NCBI GenBank assembly: GCA_002796245.1
Contig: PCWT01000051.1
Coordinates: forward strand, 71,954-135,953
From: Gammaproteobacteria bacterium CG11_big_fil_rev_8_21_14_0_20_46_22
Lineage (GTDB): Bacteria; Pseudomonadota; Gammaproteobacteria; UBA12402
Reading direction: 5' to 3'
DNA length: 64,000 nucleotides
Each line of letters starts with the position of its first letter. The first letter of the stretch is position 1. Below, in pieces: positions 1 to 11,578 of the stretch. A program made the position numbers and the translations under genes. The notes below the pieces were generated by a model, which ran no database searches, was not told the origin of the DNA, and saw only the letters and a list, made by a program, of their open reading frames with translations.

Positions 1-726
1 AATCTCTAAACTTAGGCGACCCAAAAAAGCTTCTTCGTCAGCCGTTAAATCATTCGGGCATTCATAAACGGTGCCACACACTGTGTACTTCGCCGTTAAA
101 TCATAAAACTCTCGATTGGGCGTGCTGATTTTAATCGATGGCAGCGCACGACCCGCAATAATCGGCACCGTGTACTCTCCACCGATAATCCACTCTTCAA
201 TCAACACATCATCATGATAACTGCTGGCTTTTTCAATTGCCGCTTCAAGTTCTTCAATGGCGTTCACGCGTGAAACACCAAAACTGGAACCTTCGTGCAC
301 AGGCTTAACGGCCAGTGGAAAATGAAAATCATCCAGTGCGGATAACGTCATACCCTTTTGCCAAAACAAAAAGCGCGGTGTTTTAAAGCCCGCACCTTGC
401 GCGATCAACTTCGTGCGGTATTTATCCATCGCCAACGCGCTGGCGGCGATACCACTACCGGTATACGGAATACCCAAGGTTTCAAGCACAGCTTGAATTT
501 TACCGTCTTCGCCATCGCGGCCGTGCAAAATGACAAACGCACGATCGAATTGACCAGCTTTAAGTTCATCAATACTGTCTTGGCCGACATCAAGCTTATG
601 CGCATCCACGCCAGCATCGAGCAAAGCTTGCAAAACCCCTTGCCCACTGGATAAAGAAATCTCGCGCTCCGTGCTGGTACCGCCCATCAGCACCGCGACT
701 TTGCCAAACGCTTTCACATCACGCAT
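1..726 (-). CDS. ddl: D-alanine--D-alanine ligase (3'-truncated by window edge; N-terminus [25 protein letters not shown]...)
   Basis: Reverse-strand translation from ATG at 724-726 gives the classic Ddl N-terminus ([17 protein letters not shown]). The start overlaps the murC stop (719-721) and the position is the expected dcw order after murC. This frame has no internal ATG start, so it is absent from the ORF track. Confidence 0.8.
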   Translation of the reverse strand, partial: MRDVKAFGKVAVLMGGTSTEREISLSSGQGVLQALLDAGVDAHKLDVGQDSIDELKAGQFDRAFVILHGRDGEDGKIQAVLETLGIPYTGSGIAASALAMDKYRTKLIAQGAGFKTPRFLFWQKGMTLSALDDFHFPLAVKPVHEGSSFGVSRVNAIEELEAAIEKASSYHDDVLIEEWIIGGEYTVPIIAGRALPSIKISTPNREFYDLTAKYTVCGTVYECPNDLTADEEAFLGRLSLEI

Positions 727-2152
727 TCACTGTCTCCGCCAAATTTGCTAAGCGCACAGAACATAAACCAATATCACCTGCGCCGGCTAAAATTAACAAA
801 TCGCCCTCGCCGACCACACTCGACAACTCATCAAACAAAGCATCTTTTGAGGTAATACGACGAAGTTTAAAGCCAGCGTTTTTATCCGCAATGACACTGG
901 CCAAGGCATCGCTGTTCGCCCCTTCAATCACAGTTTCACCTGCGGTATAGACATTCAACAACAAAAGCTCATCCACAGTTGATAAGACATCGACAAAATC
1001 ATTAAACAAATCGCGCGTACGGGTAAAACGGTGCGGCTGAAAAGCCATGACCAAACGTTTATCCGGGTATGCACTGCGCGCAGCCGCAATGGTTGCGGCC
1101 AATTCGCGAGGATGGTGCGCGTATTCATCGACCATATCGACCATGCCCCGTCCAAAGTCAAACCGACCCAAGCGCTGGAAACGGCGCCCCACACCGGAAA
1201 ATTGTGTTAATGCTCGCACCATGGCCTCATCACTCACACCCAATTCGGTGCCGACGACAATCGCCGCCAGTGCATTTAAGACATTGTGTCGGCCCGGCAT
1301 GCTAAATTGTACATTTAAAGGTTCACGATCTTTACGATGAACAGTAAAACAGGTCAAACCGTTTTCGTAGTGTATATCTGTCGCATACACATCGGCTTGA
1401 TTGCTTAAGCCATACGTTAACGTTGGGCGCGCCACACGAGCGATCACATCGCGCACACCTTTGTCTTCGATACACAGGATAGCCAGACCATAAAACGGCA
1501 AGTGATGCAAAAAATCTAAAAAGGTCTGTTCAAGCTTTGCCATATCGCCGCCGTAGGTGTCCATATGGTCTTCATCAATATTTGTGACCACCGTCATCAT
1601 CGGTAATAAATGTAAAAATGAGGCGTCGCTTTCGTCAGCTTCTGTCACCATATAACGACTCTGACCCAAACCGGCATTCGCACCCGCACTATTGAGTTTA
1701 CCGCCAATCACAAAGGTCGGATCCATACCGCCTTCAGCTAACACGGTTGCCACCAAACTCGTGGTCGTGGTTTTACCGTGTGTACCGGCAATCGCAATGC
1801 CGTAGCGTGAACGCATGAGTTCAGCCAGCATTTCAGCTCGACGCACGATGGGAATGCGCAAATCACGAGCCGTTTGAATTTCCACATTATCGTGCGCAAT
1901 GGCAGTGGATTGAACCACCACATCCGCACCGTGCACATTCTCGGCTTTATGACCAATATGAATCACGGCACCTTGAGCTGACAAAGCATGCACTGCATCA
2001 CCCGCGCGCTGATCAGAACCTGAAATCTGATAGCCTTCATTTAATAAGACTTGCGCAATACCACACATACCTGAGCCGCCGATACCGACAAAATGAATGC
2101 GTTTGATGCGTTCACAGCCTGGCGCACCCAACAAGGTTTTAAAATGGTTCAT
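719..2152 (-). CDS. murC: UDP-N-acetylmuramate--L-alanine ligase
   Basis: 477 aa; Mur ligase P-loop [13 protein letters not shown]; N-terminus [16 protein letters not shown] typical of MurC; position between murG and ddl. Confidence 0.9.
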   Translation of the reverse strand: MNHFKTLLGAPGCERIKRIHFVGIGGSGMCGIAQVLLNEGYQISGSDQRAGDAVHALSAQGAVIHIGHKAENVHGADVVVQSTAIAHDNVEIQTARDLRIPIVRRAEMLAELMRSRYGIAIAGTHGKTTTTSLVATVLAEGGMDPTFVIGGKLNSAGANAGLGQSRYMVTEADESDASFLHLLPMMTVVTNIDEDHMDTYGGDMAKLEQTFLDFLHHLPFYGLAILCIEDKGVRDVIARVARPTLTYGLSNQADVYATDIHYENGLTCFTVHRKDREPLNVQFSMPGRHNVLNALAAIVVGTELGVSDEAMVRALTQFSGVGRRFQRLGRFDFGRGMVDMVDEYAHHPRELAATIAAARSAYPDKRLVMAFQPHRFTRTRDLFNDFVDVLSTVDELLLLNVYTAGETVIEGANSDALASVIADKNAGFKLRRITSKDALFDELSSVVGEGDLLILAGAGDIGLCSVRLANLAETVNA

Positions 2153-3213
2153 AGGTAATCCTGTATTGCATTGAGTAGTTGTTCTTCAGTGTTTTTTGGG
2201 CGTATGGCATACGCGCGCGCGGCCATAATATGCAAAGTCTCGCGGTTTTGGCAAAGGGTTTTTAAACGATTTAGCACTACCTCATCATCAAAGCTTTTTT
2301 CGGCCACCAGCTCAGCTGCTTCGGCCTTGACTAAACACTGTGCGTTTTTAGTTTGATGATCATCCACCGCAAAGGGCAAAGGAATTAAAAGGCTCGCAAC
2401 ACCGGTGTGCATGATCTCCGTCACTGTCATGGCGCCCGCTCGGGCGATCACCAAATCGGCCCAGGCAAAGTCTTGATCCAATTGATCGCGGTAGGCACTG
2501 ACCTCAACGTCGAAACTCGCACTAGCATAGGCCGCTTTCACAGCATCAAACGAGGAAGCACCCGATATATGCGCCACCGTAATGGGCGCAGTTCTGGCTA
2601 AGGATTCAAACAAAACAGGAAAACGTTGATTGAATATGCGCGCACCTTGACTGCCACCAAACACCAAAACCCGAATCGGCCCCTGGCGTTTGCCATAGCG
2701 TTCATCTGGTGATGGTAAACGTTTGAATACATCGCGCACCGGATTACCCACGGTCATCACTTTAGACCCAGAAAATGCGCCCTCAAAGCCTAAAAACACT
2801 TTCTTCGCCAATCTGGCCAACAAACGGTTAGTCCAGCCCGCTGCGGCATTTTGCTCATGAAGCACCAAAGGAATACCGAGAGATTTCGCCGCAAGACCAC
2901 CGGCTGCGCTGGCGTAGCCGCCCATCGCAATGACTAGCGTGGGTTTGATGTGGCGCAGTAAGCGGCGCGCTTGAGAAACGGCTTGAAATAATTGCCACAA
3001 GGCATGAAATCGGGCGATGATACCGCCCTGGCGAACCGGGTTTAAATGCAAAAGATGCAGTGGGATATCGGCTTTTGGCACCAAGGTTTTCTCCAGACCA
3101 CGCTCAGCACCCAGCCATTCGACAGCCACACCCTGCTCACGTAAACGTTTCGCCAAAGCAATACCCGGATAAATATGGCCGCCCGTACCGCCACCTGTGA
3201 TCACAACCGTCAT
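2149..3213 (-). CDS. murG: UDP-N-acetylglucosamine--N-acetylmuramyl-(pentapeptide) pyrophosphoryl-undecaprenol N-acetylglucosamine transferase
   Basis: 354 aa; N-terminal [15 protein letters not shown] glycosyltransferase-28 signature; 4-bp ATGA overlap with murC. Confidence 0.9.
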   Translation of the reverse strand: MTVVITGGGTGGHIYPGIALAKRLREQGVAVEWLGAERGLEKTLVPKADIPLHLLHLNPVRQGGIIARFHALWQLFQAVSQARRLLRHIKPTLVIAMGGYASAAGGLAAKSLGIPLVLHEQNAAAGWTNRLLARLAKKVFLGFEGAFSGSKVMTVGNPVRDVFKRLPSPDERYGKRQGPIRVLVFGGSQGARIFNQRFPVLFESLARTAPITVAHISGASSFDAVKAAYASASFDVEVSAYRDQLDQDFAWADLVIARAGAMTVTEIMHTGVASLLIPLPFAVDDHQTKNAQCLVKAEAAELVAEKSFDDEVVLNRLKTLCQNRETLHIMAARAYAIRPKNTEEQLLNAIQDYL

Positions 3214-3357
3214 CGCGCACCCCTCATTGACTCACGCTATAGTAACGTAAGCGCTTGGGCAGCTCAATGAGGCACCAAAAAAGATCAGCGCTCTTTCGCC
3301 ATGCGGTAACCTTAAGCAACAGGGTACGGCAAGCCTAAGCGCAATACCTTGACAGTG

Positions 3358-3951
3358 TTAAACAGCTGCGCGGTAAGCAGCGTTCTTATGAATCTCCTGC
3401 ATCTCCTGACCGTTCCGACCATCCCTAACTGGCGGTTGCGGGGCTGCTGCCGGCTGAGCAGCGGCTGGAGCATCAACAATATGATTTCTAAGAGCTGAAG
3501 AAATTGTAGGAGCAAAGAGTTTACTCATGGCTAACAGAACCACACCGGCCGTGTTATAGGAAAAGTTTGGTGTACCACCAAACTGCAGCCGATTACTTTC
3601 AAATAAAAGGCTACTACCAGTAATAGAACTTATAATGGAAAATAGAATGATCAACGACCAATTTACAGGATAATCGTACTTTTTCACCTCCGCTGTATTT
3701 TCGGTATTGTGTTTTCTTGCGTACATAACCCGACCAAAAACAATAGCCAGAAGCGCAAGAGAAACCACTGAAGCAGCCAACTCTCCCGCTGAAATGAGAT
3801 CGTTTGATATCCCCTTATTATTGTCGGCGGTCAATTGATCAAAAGCAAAGCCCGCAAGAGTTGACAAGCCATCAGCGACAGCCAAAACCCCAGACCATGT
3901 TAACAGTTTGCTCAGCCCGTCCTTAGTCTCTGGTCGCACAAAAAAATACAT
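3358..3951 (-). CDS. hypothetical multi-pass membrane protein inserted between ftsW and murG
   Basis: 197-aa ORF with about 4 hydrophobic segments; GAGGGAG Shine-Dalgarno 5 nt upstream of the ATG; visibly AT-richer than the flanking dcw genes; no recognisable family. Confidence 0.5.
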   Translation of the reverse strand: MYFFVRPETKDGLSKLLTWSGVLAVADGLSTLAGFAFDQLTADNNKGISNDLISAGELAASVVSLALLAIVFGRVMYARKHNTENTAEVKKYDYPVNWSLIILFSIISSITGSSLLFESNRLQFGGTPNFSYNTAGVVLLAMSKLFAPTISSALRNHIVDAPAAAQPAAAPQPPVRDGRNGQEMQEIHKNAAYRAAV

Positions 3952-4045
3952 AAAACTCCCTCTCTATTTAAACAGACCTAGTGAAATACCAAGCGTAGGC
4001 AAAACGATAAAGCCAGAAGCTTAAGGAAATATTAAGGAAGCAGGA

Positions 4046-5254
4046 TCAACGCTGTTTCGCCATGCGGTGCTCGGCCATCGGGCCTTCTTGAAACGCTTCG
4101 TGATCAATGCGCAAAAGCATGCCCATCACGATACAATCAATGACAATACCGCTGCCACCATAGCTCATCAGTGGCAACGTTAAGCCTTTGGTCGGCAGCA
4201 AACCCGAGGTCACGCCCATATTCACAGCCGCCTGGATCGCCATCCAAATCGCAAAACCGTAAGCCATCAGCGCGCCTTCGTTCAAACCGGCGGCCTGTGC
4301 ACGCCGGCCAATGAGCAGTGAACGCCAAACCAATAGCACGTACAATAACATCGTCGCCACAATGCCAATCAAACCTAGCTCTTCAGCCAAAACCGAAAAC
4401 AAAAAGTCGGTGTGAGCTTCAGGCAAGTAAAAAAGCTTTTGCACACTGCCACCTAAACCCACACCAAAAATGCCTCCGCGACCAAAAGCGATTAATGATT
4501 GTGTGAGCTGGTAGCCGCTACCATAGGCATGCGCCCAAGGATTTAAATACGTGGTTAAACGCTCCAAACGATACGGCGATGAAATCGCAATCACTGCTAA
4601 CGCTGCAACGATTAATGCCGCCAACACCGCAAAAGGCCAAACTCGCATACCGGCAATGAACATCATGCATAACACGGTCACCGCGACCACAGACAATGCA
4701 CCAAAGTCCGGTTCTTTTAACAAGAGCACGGCAATAATGCCTAAGATGAAGATGGGTTTCAGAAAGCCAACCATTGTGGTTTTCAATTCATGATTGCGGC
4801 GAGTTAAATAACCGGCCATAAAAATCACCATCGCAAGTTTCACAAATTCAGATACCTGCAAGTTCACAGGGCCAACACCGACCCAACGTGTACTGCCGTT
4901 GATATGACGGCCCAACCCTGGCACCAACACAACGAGCAATAAAAACAAACCAATGAGCAGCAGCAAACCACTTTTTGCTTGCCAGCGCTCGACCGGGATA
5001 CGCAAAACATACAGGCCCGCACACACACCGAGCACCACATACACCAACTGGCGCATCAAAAAATGAAACGGTGAATGGTACAAACGCTCAGAAATGGCCA
5101 TGCTCGCAGAAGACACCATCACCAATCCAAAGAGCAATAAGGCAACGATCGCGAACACAAAATATTTATCGGTATGAAATTGTGGCAAACCCGGCTTTGG
5201 CTTTGCTGTGCGAAAATCGCGCTTATAAGGCTTTGACAGACTCACAGAAAACAT
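4046..5254 (-). CDS. ftsW: peptidoglycan glycosyltransferase / lipid II flippase FtsW
   Basis: SEDS-family sequence with about 10 TM segments and a C-terminal PTKGLTLPLMSYGGSG motif. The longest ORF (to 5362) overlaps murD by 140 nt, so the start is placed at the internal Met (MFSVSLSK...). Confidence 0.8.
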   Translation of the reverse strand: MFSVSLSKPYKRDFRTAKPKPGLPQFHTDKYFVFAIVALLLFGLVMVSSASMAISERLYHSPFHFLMRQLVYVVLGVCAGLYVLRIPVERWQAKSGLLLLIGLFLLLVVLVPGLGRHINGSTRWVGVGPVNLQVSEFVKLAMVIFMAGYLTRRNHELKTTMVGFLKPIFILGIIAVLLLKEPDFGALSVVAVTVLCMMFIAGMRVWPFAVLAALIVAALAVIAISSPYRLERLTTYLNPWAHAYGSGYQLTQSLIAFGRGGIFGVGLGGSVQKLFYLPEAHTDFLFSVLAEELGLIGIVATMLLYVLLVWRSLLIGRRAQAAGLNEGALMAYGFAIWMAIQAAVNMGVTSGLLPTKGLTLPLMSYGGSGIVIDCIVMGMLLRIDHEAFQEGPMAEHRMAKQR

Positions 5255-6548
5255 CACCCCGGTGTTCGTAATTGTTAAACATATCAAAACTCGCGCAAGC
5301 TGGCGAGAGCAAAACGCTATCGCCACGGACAGCCGCAAGCTCTGCAGCTTGCACAGCTTCATCCATTGAATTCACACGCACCGTTTTCACCACATCTGCA
5401 AACAAGCGCTCAAGCTGATCCGCCACCTCGCCCATGAGAATCACTTCTCGCACATAGCGTTTAACCAGTGGGCGCAAAGGAGAAAAATCCGCACCCTTAC
5501 CCTGCCCGCCTGCGATCAAAATCAGCTTACCCTTCGTTTTTTCACCCAAGGTTTGAATCGCAGCCAAGGTCGCACCCACGTTTGTGCCTTTGGAATCGTT
5601 ATACCAAGTCACACCCTGCATTAAGCGCACCCATTCACAACGATGGCGAATACCGCGAAACTTACGCAGAACATCGAGCATCGTGGCAATATCCAAACCC
5701 AAAGCATCGCCTGCAGCCAGACAAGCCAAGGCGTTGGCCACATGGTGCCTACCCTCTAAAAACAAGCGACTACTCGGCATTAAACGCTGAGTGCCTTTGG
5801 CTAAATAGGTTTTATCGTCATGATCAATTAAACCGAACTCACCTTCTTTGGGCTCATCACAAGCAAAGCTTACAGTCTGCTTGCCAGCAGGCGGCGTGGT
5901 CCACGGGTCTTCTCGATTATACACACAGATCTGTGCATGCTGGTAAATGCGTTGTTTCGCGGCTGCATAATCTGCCAAACTGTCATAGCGATCCATGTGG
6001 TCTTCGCATAAATTCAAAAACACAGCCACACGCAGTTTTAAGCTTTCTATCCGCTCAAGCTGAAAACTGGACAACTCCAAGACATACAAATCGGGCAGCG
6101 TTTCCTGTGCCAAACTGTCCAGCACTGACGTACCGATATTGCCGGCCACAACCACACGCTGACCACACGCTCTGGCCATCTCGCCGATCAAACTCGTGAC
6201 CGTGGTTTTACCGTTTGAACCGGTGATGGCGACCACGGGGCGTTTTGCCACCCGTGCAAATAATTCCAAATCGCCCAATAGGGTTTTACCCTGTTTTTTT
6301 GCCTCAAGCAAAGCGGGCTCTTTCAATGAAACACCCGGGCTGACGATCACCTCATTGGCATCCAGCATGGCATCCAACGAAAAACCGCCTAAAAAAAACG
6401 GCGTATTCGGCGAAAGCGCCTGCACTGTCTCAAGGCCTGGCGGCTGATCACGTGAATCCGTAATGGAAAAACTGTAACCTTGACGAAGGCAATACTTTGC
6501 CGCTGCAAGCCCAGAAACGCCTAAACCAACAATGCAAAAATCGACCAT
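5223..6548 (-). CDS. murD: UDP-N-acetylmuramoylalanine--D-glutamate ligase
   Basis: 441 aa; N-terminal Rossmann-like IVGLGVSGLAAA; Mur ligase P-loop ITGSNGKTTVTS. Confidence 0.9.
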   Translation of the reverse strand: MVDFCIVGLGVSGLAAAKYCLRQGYSFSITDSRDQPPGLETVQALSPNTPFFLGGFSLDAMLDANEVIVSPGVSLKEPALLEAKKQGKTLLGDLELFARVAKRPVVAITGSNGKTTVTSLIGEMARACGQRVVVAGNIGTSVLDSLAQETLPDLYVLELSSFQLERIESLKLRVAVFLNLCEDHMDRYDSLADYAAAKQRIYQHAQICVYNREDPWTTPPAGKQTVSFACDEPKEGEFGLIDHDDKTYLAKGTQRLMPSSRLFLEGRHHVANALACLAAGDALGLDIATMLDVLRKFRGIRHRCEWVRLMQGVTWYNDSKGTNVGATLAAIQTLGEKTKGKLILIAGGQGKGADFSPLRPLVKRYVREVILMGEVADQLERLFADVVKTVRVNSMDEAVQAAELAAVRGDSVLLSPACASFDMFNNYEHRGDVFCESVKAL

Positions 6549-6558
6549 GGTAAAAACT

Positions 6559-7644
6559 TTATCGTAATTTTAATGTGGCCAAACCACACAAGACCAACAC
6601 AAAGGTAATAATCCAAAAACGGACAATCACCTTCGGTTCTGGCCAACCTTTTAATTCAAAATGATGATGGATCGGCGCCATTTTAAAGATACGCTTGCCG
6701 CGCAACTTAAATGATCCAACTTGCAACATAACGGACAGCGTTTCAACCACAAACACACCACCCATGATAAATAACACGATTTCTTGGCGCACAATAATGG
6801 CAATCACACCCAAAGTTGCGCCCAAAGACAGTGAGCCCACATCGCCCATAAACACTTCAGCCGGGTAGCTATTAAACCAGAGAAAACCCAAACCCGCACC
6901 GACTATGGCGCCGATAAACACGACAAGCTCTCCCGCACCGGGCACAAACGGCACATGCAAATATTCGGCAAAATAAAAGTTACCGCTGACATAGGCAAAA
7001 ATACCCAGTGCTGCGACCACCATCACCACCGGCAGAATGGCCAAGCCATCCAAACCGTCGGTTAAGTTCACCGCATTACTGGCGCCCACCAGCACAAAAT
7101 ACGTTAAAACAAAAAAACCACCGACACCCAACACAACCGGCCAGTGCTTTAAAAACGGCACCACCAAACTGGCATCCGCTGAAGCTTTCACAAAAAAGTA
7201 TAAATACGCTGCGACTAAAAGCGCGACCACCGACTGCCAGAAAAACTTCCAACGACTGGCCAAACCTTTGGGATTTTTTAACACCAGCTTTCGAAAATCA
7301 TCGACTCCGCCGATAAACCCATAAGCGAGCATCACCAATAAGCACAAATCCACATAGCGCTCATTGAGATTACCCCAGAGTATTGTCGATAATGTGACGC
7401 CCAGCAAAATCATAATGCCGCCCATGGTGGGTGTGCCGGTTTTGGATAAATGCGACTGCGGGCCATCGTCTCTGACGACTTGCCCCACCTTAAAATGGCG
7501 AAGCTGGCGAATAATGCGCGGCCCAACGAACAAGACAAAAAACAATGCCGTCAGACTTGAGAGAATCATGCGCAGCGTTAAATAATGAATCACTGAGAAA
7601 AAATGACAATAGTGTTCCAACCACTGTGCCAACCAAAGTAACAC
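6559..7644 (-). CDS. mraY: phospho-N-acetylmuramoyl-pentapeptide transferase
   Basis: 361 aa polytopic membrane protein; conserved MraY motifs ([14 protein letters not shown]-terminal HHHFE). Confidence 0.9.
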   Translation of the reverse strand: MLLWLAQWLEHYCHFFSVIHYLTLRMILSSLTALFFVLFVGPRIIRQLRHFKVGQVVRDDGPQSHLSKTGTPTMGGIMILLGVTLSTILWGNLNERYVDLCLLVMLAYGFIGGVDDFRKLVLKNPKGLASRWKFFWQSVVALLVAAYLYFFVKASADASLVVPFLKHWPVVLGVGGFFVLTYFVLVGASNAVNLTDGLDGLAILPVVMVVAALGIFAYVSGNFYFAEYLHVPFVPGAGELVVFIGAIVGAGLGFLWFNSYPAEVFMGDVGSLSLGATLGVIAIIVRQEIVLFIMGGVFVVETLSVMLQVGSFKLRGKRIFKMAPIHHHFELKGWPEPKVIVRFWIITFVLVLCGLATLKLR

Positions 7645-7646
7645 GA

Positions 7647-9083
7647 CTACCCCTCCAATGCTGCGCTCACACAGGCCGCGTCACTAAAGGCATAACGCGC
7701 ATCACCTATGATTTGATAGTTTTCATGGCCTTTGCCGGCAATCAACACAATATCACCTGCTTTTGCCTCATGAAGGGCGAAAGCAATAGCCTCACGGCGG
7801 TCTAACATCACTGACGGCTTCAAACCCGAAAACCCGGCTAGGATATCAGAGACTATCGCCTCTGGCGACTCCCCCCGGGGGTTATCGTTCGTCAAAATCA
7901 CCACATCAGCCTGCTTTTGTGCAATCGCCCCCATCAAGGGACGTTTGCCGGCATCGCGATCCCCCCCGCAACCAAACACGCAGTACAAGCGGCCTTGTGT
8001 AAATTCACGCAAAGCGGTCAATACAGAAGATAGCGCTTCTGGTGTGTGCGCATAGTCAACCACTGCCAAGGGTTTACCTTCGACTTGAAACACTTGCATA
8101 CGACCCAAAGGCGGTTTTAAAGATGGAATGAGTTCGCTGAGTGTTTCGCCTTCGAAACCGAGGGACACCAAGGCAGTGATCACCGACAATAGATTGTAAA
8201 GATTAAAACGGCCTATGAGCAGGGTGCGTGATGCAAAGCGCTGAGTGCAGCCTTCAAACTCAAAGCGCTGCGGCAGCGTTGCCAAGTTTTGTAGACTGAG
8301 TTTCGCGTCGGCTTCACGATCCAAACCATATCGCAAAAGTCTAGGCCCGTTCTTTGGCCAAGCCTCTATCCATTCGTGCCCGATCTCATCATCGACATTG
8401 ATCACGGCAAGCTGCATGGGGCAATCAAAAAATGAGCGCTTAGCGTTAGCATAGGCCTGCATGGTGCCGTGGAAATCCAAATGATCGCGGCTTAAATTCG
8501 TAAAAATGCCTACAGCAAATTGCACACCGCGCACACGGCCTTGCACCAAACCGTGCGATGACACTTCCATCGCCACGTAATCCACACCGGCATCCACATA
8601 CTCGGCGAGCTTAGCCTGAAGCTCAAACACGCCCAGTGTCGTGAGTGGTGACTCGATTAAATCCGGCCAAATGCCGTTGCCCGCCGTACCCAACACCGCC
8701 GATTTCTTCCCAAGGTGGGTCAATGCTTGTGCCAGCAAGTGACACACCGAGGTTTTACCGTTCGTGCCTGTGACACCGAGCACTTTAAGTTTTTGACTAG
8801 GGTCATCATACAAACGACACGCAATATCAGCCGCCTGCTCAATTAAACCCGGACATTCAATGATCGCAGATTGTTTTTCCAAAGCCTGCTTGGGGTCAGC
8901 CATCACACACAACGCGCCGCGATTTATCGCATGCGAGCTGTAACGTTTAGCATTCTCTGCATTCGGCGTTAAGCAAATAAACACATCGCCCGGCTCAACC
9001 AAACGGCAATCCGTTTTGATTTGCGACAATGCCACATCGTGATCGTGTTCAAACACTTGTTGAAACAGTTGGCTGAGTTTCAC
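7647..9083 (-). CDS. murE: UDP-N-acetylmuramoyl-L-alanyl-D-glutamate--2,6-diaminopimelate ligase
   Basis: 478 aa; [10 protein letters not shown]-loop, [30 protein letters not shown] and AGKGHENYQ are MurE-type motifs rather than MurF-type; directly abuts mraY. Confidence 0.85.
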   Translation of the reverse strand: MKLSQLFQQVFEHDHDVALSQIKTDCRLVEPGDVFICLTPNAENAKRYSSHAINRGALCVMADPKQALEKQSAIIECPGLIEQAADIACRLYDDPSQKLKVLGVTGTNGKTSVCHLLAQALTHLGKKSAVLGTAGNGIWPDLIESPLTTLGVFELQAKLAEYVDAGVDYVAMEVSSHGLVQGRVRGVQFAVGIFTNLSRDHLDFHGTMQAYANAKRSFFDCPMQLAVINVDDEIGHEWIEAWPKNGPRLLRYGLDREADAKLSLQNLATLPQRFEFEGCTQRFASRTLLIGRFNLYNLLSVITALVSLGFEGETLSELIPSLKPPLGRMQVFQVEGKPLAVVDYAHTPEALSSVLTALREFTQGRLYCVFGCGGDRDAGKRPLMGAIAQKQADVVILTNDNPRGESPEAIVSDILAGFSGLKPSVMLDRREAIAFALHEAKAGDIVLIAGKGHENYQIIGDARYAFSDAACVSAALEG

Positions 9084-9269
9084 AGTAAAATCCGCTTAGG
9101 TTCACAGCGTTTAGCCGTGCGCAATTTCGCGAGGGATTTGCGTTGCCGGGGCTTGTGGAGGCAGGATGCCGGAACAGAGCGGCCAGGATGGCGAAAAGCG
9201 TCCCCGGCAAGGCAAAGCCGGAGGGAAATATTCAGCACGGCGAAAAAATCAAACGTATCTTTCATAAGT

Positions 9270-10805
9270 TTAAACTCTAAAATGCCGCAATCGCACACCG
9301 CTTAAAAATAAGGCCAGACCATAAATGAATAGCGCAGCAAACACACATTCTGTTAAATGTTCAGCTTGTGCAGGCCAATGCCAAACTAACCATTGCGACA
9401 TCGCAGGTGTTAAGAAAAACAAAGCGGCGATCATGATCGCATTGGCCACAAACAATTGAAGAAAAAATTTCGCCCAACCGGCTTGCGGGGTGTAAATGCC
9501 GCGTTTTAGTGCGAACACCAACAAGCAACCGGCGTTGATAAAGCCTGAGATCGAGGTCGCCAGCGCAAGACCCGCGTGCGCCAGCGGGCCGATCAGCGCA
9601 AAATTTAGCCCCATATTGCACAGCATCGAAAAGGCCGCGACTTTCACCGGAAATTTAATGTTTTGCCGTGCATAAAACGCGGAAGCCAACACCTTGACCA
9701 GCATAAACGCCTGCACGCCCACGGCAAAGGCCATCAAGCTTCGCGTGGACATTAGTACATCGTGGTGCGTGAACTTACCGTGACCGAACAAAGTCGCGAT
9801 CATGGGACCCGCCAACATTAGCAAGCCAATTGAGGATGGCACACCAATGAGCAGCAGCAGGCGCAAGGCCCAATCAAACGTTTGATTGTAGCGCTCTTGA
9901 TCTTGACTAGCCGCACCGCGCGACAAATACGGCAAAATCACAGTGGCAATGCCCACGCCAAATACGCCCAAGGGAAAGTTCATCAAACGTTCAGAAAAAT
10001 ACAACCACGTCACGCTGCCTTTTGGCAAGAACGAAGCAAAGACAGTATCAATTAACACGCTTAACTGAGCCACCGACACGCCAAACAAAGCCGGCACCAT
10101 GAGCTTTAATACGCGCCTCACATCGGGATCATGCAAACGCGGGTTGGGCATCACCAGCAAACGCTTTTGCCACAAAAACGGCAGCTGAAAGAAAAACTGA
10201 GCAATACCGGCTGCCAACAAACCCCAGGCTAATGCTTCGACCGGTATCGCAAAATGTGGCCCCAAATACACGGCGGCTAAAATCAAACACACATTAAACA
10301 ACACTGGCGTAAACGAAGGAATACCATAGTTGCCATACGTATTAAGCACCGCACCAGACAGGGCGACCAGGGAAATAAATAATAAATACGGCGCGGTAAC
10401 ACGCAACATGTGCGTGGACAGCTCATAGCGCACACCGTCCCAATGGAAGCCTGGCGCAAATAATGAAATCAACAGGGGTGCGCAGAAAAAGAAAATAATC
10501 ACTGTGATCACCAGCGCGACCGTGAGCACACCACTCATATGCGAGATAAAGGTTTTAACGTCGTCCAAGCTGGTTTTGGTTTGCTTTTCAGCCAGCACCG
10601 GCACAAAAGCTTGAGCAAAGGCGCCTTCGGCGAACAAACGGCGCATAAAATTGGGCAAGCGAAAGGCGATAATAAAGGCATCAAACGCAGGGCCCGCGCC
10701 AAAGGCTTGCGCCCAAATCATGTCTCGCACAAAACCCAAAATGCGCGAGAGCATGGTATTGCCTGAGACCAAAGATGTGGAGCGAAGCAAGCCGCGTTTT
10801 TTCAC
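9270..10805 (-). CDS. murJ: lipid II flippase MurJ (MviN)
   Basis: 511 aa, about 14 TM segments; N-terminus SGNTMLSRILGFVRDMIWAQAFGAG is the MurJ signature. Confidence 0.85.
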   Translation of the reverse strand: MKKRGLLRSTSLVSGNTMLSRILGFVRDMIWAQAFGAGPAFDAFIIAFRLPNFMRRLFAEGAFAQAFVPVLAEKQTKTSLDDVKTFISHMSGVLTVALVITVIIFFFCAPLLISLFAPGFHWDGVRYELSTHMLRVTAPYLLFISLVALSGAVLNTYGNYGIPSFTPVLFNVCLILAAVYLGPHFAIPVEALAWGLLAAGIAQFFFQLPFLWQKRLLVMPNPRLHDPDVRRVLKLMVPALFGVSVAQLSVLIDTVFASFLPKGSVTWLYFSERLMNFPLGVFGVGIATVILPYLSRGAASQDQERYNQTFDWALRLLLLIGVPSSIGLLMLAGPMIATLFGHGKFTHHDVLMSTRSLMAFAVGVQAFMLVKVLASAFYARQNIKFPVKVAAFSMLCNMGLNFALIGPLAHAGLALATSISGFINAGCLLVFALKRGIYTPQAGWAKFFLQLFVANAIMIAALFFLTPAMSQWLVWHWPAQAEHLTECVFAALFIYGLALFLSGVRLRHFRV

Positions 10806-11578
10806 GGACGCAGTCCACTATGATTTTTAAGGGTGTTCAAAGCCACACAATAAACCGTAATATTCAACGCAATTAACAACACAATGGATGTGAGCAAATG
10901 CGCGCCAGGAATACCGGCCAAAGCGTATTTAAACGAGGCGACGATGTAAAAAATCGGGTTGAAGTGTGTGATCACTTGCGCCCAATGCGGTAATAAATCC
11001 ACCGAATAAAACACACCGCCCAAATACGTTAACGGGGTTAACACAAAGGTTGGGATAATGGTCACACTATCAAAGGACTTGGCAAAAATACCATTAACCA
11101 AACCCAGTCCCGCAAAGAACAAAGACGTCAGCACCATAATGAACAAGCTTAAGAAAATATGCGCCACAGTAAAATGCACAAAAAACAGCGAAACGATAAA
11201 CACCAAAACACCCGCGATGATGCCGCGCAACATCGAGCTCGCTAAAAAACCACAGAGAATCGCATTGTTTGACATCGGCGACATCAACAACAGCTCAATA
11301 CTGCGCTGAAATTTCGATGAGAAAAACACGAAGGAGCCATTACTGTAAGCGCTTGTGATCACTGGCATCATGATCAGACCTGGCACGATGTAGAGAATAT
11401 ACGGCGTACCGCCCATGTGCCCTAAGCGTGAGCCAATTACCCGACCAAAAATCATAAAATACAAAAACGAAGTCACCACGGGCGGCAAAAACGTTTGAAT
11501 CCAAATACGCTTAAGGTAGCGATCCACATCGCGCATCACCAAGGTTTTAATGCCGAGCCAAGTCGCTTTATTAAACAT
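10802..11578 (-). CDS. ABC-2 type transporter permease
   Basis: About 6 TM segments, ABC-2 family-like. Start placed at the internal MFNKATW, which overlaps the upstream ATPase stop by 8 nt; the longer ORF (to 11692) would overlap by 120 nt. Confidence 0.7.
   Translation of the reverse strand: MFNKATWLGIKTLVMRDVDRYLKRIWIQTFLPPVVTSFLYFMIFGRVIGSRLGHMGGTPYILYIVPGLIMMPVITSAYSNGSFVFFSSKFQRSIELLLMSPMSNNAILCGFLASSMLRGIIAGVLVFIVSLFFVHFTVAHIFLSLFIMVLTSLFFAGLGLVNGIFAKSFDSVTIIPTFVLTPLTYLGGVFYSVDLLPHWAQVITHFNPIFYIVASFKYALAGIPGAHLLTSIVLLIALNITVYCVALNTLKNHSGLRP

Noticed and set aside
358-654. ORFs 358..654(+) and 405..647(-) in the ORF track
   Set aside because: Both lie inside ddl, which is in another minus-strand frame with a convincing Ddl N-terminus, and neither has a family-like sequence.
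5468-6199. 243-aa plus-strand ORF antisense to murD
   Set aside because: Entirely antisense to a confident murD; Pro/His/Arg-rich low-complexity translation typical of the GC-rich antisense frame.
9080-9298. 72-aa minus-strand ORF in the murJ-murE spacer
   Set aside because: Cys/Arg-rich translation of a GC-rich structured spacer; it starts inside the murJ stop region and has no RBS.
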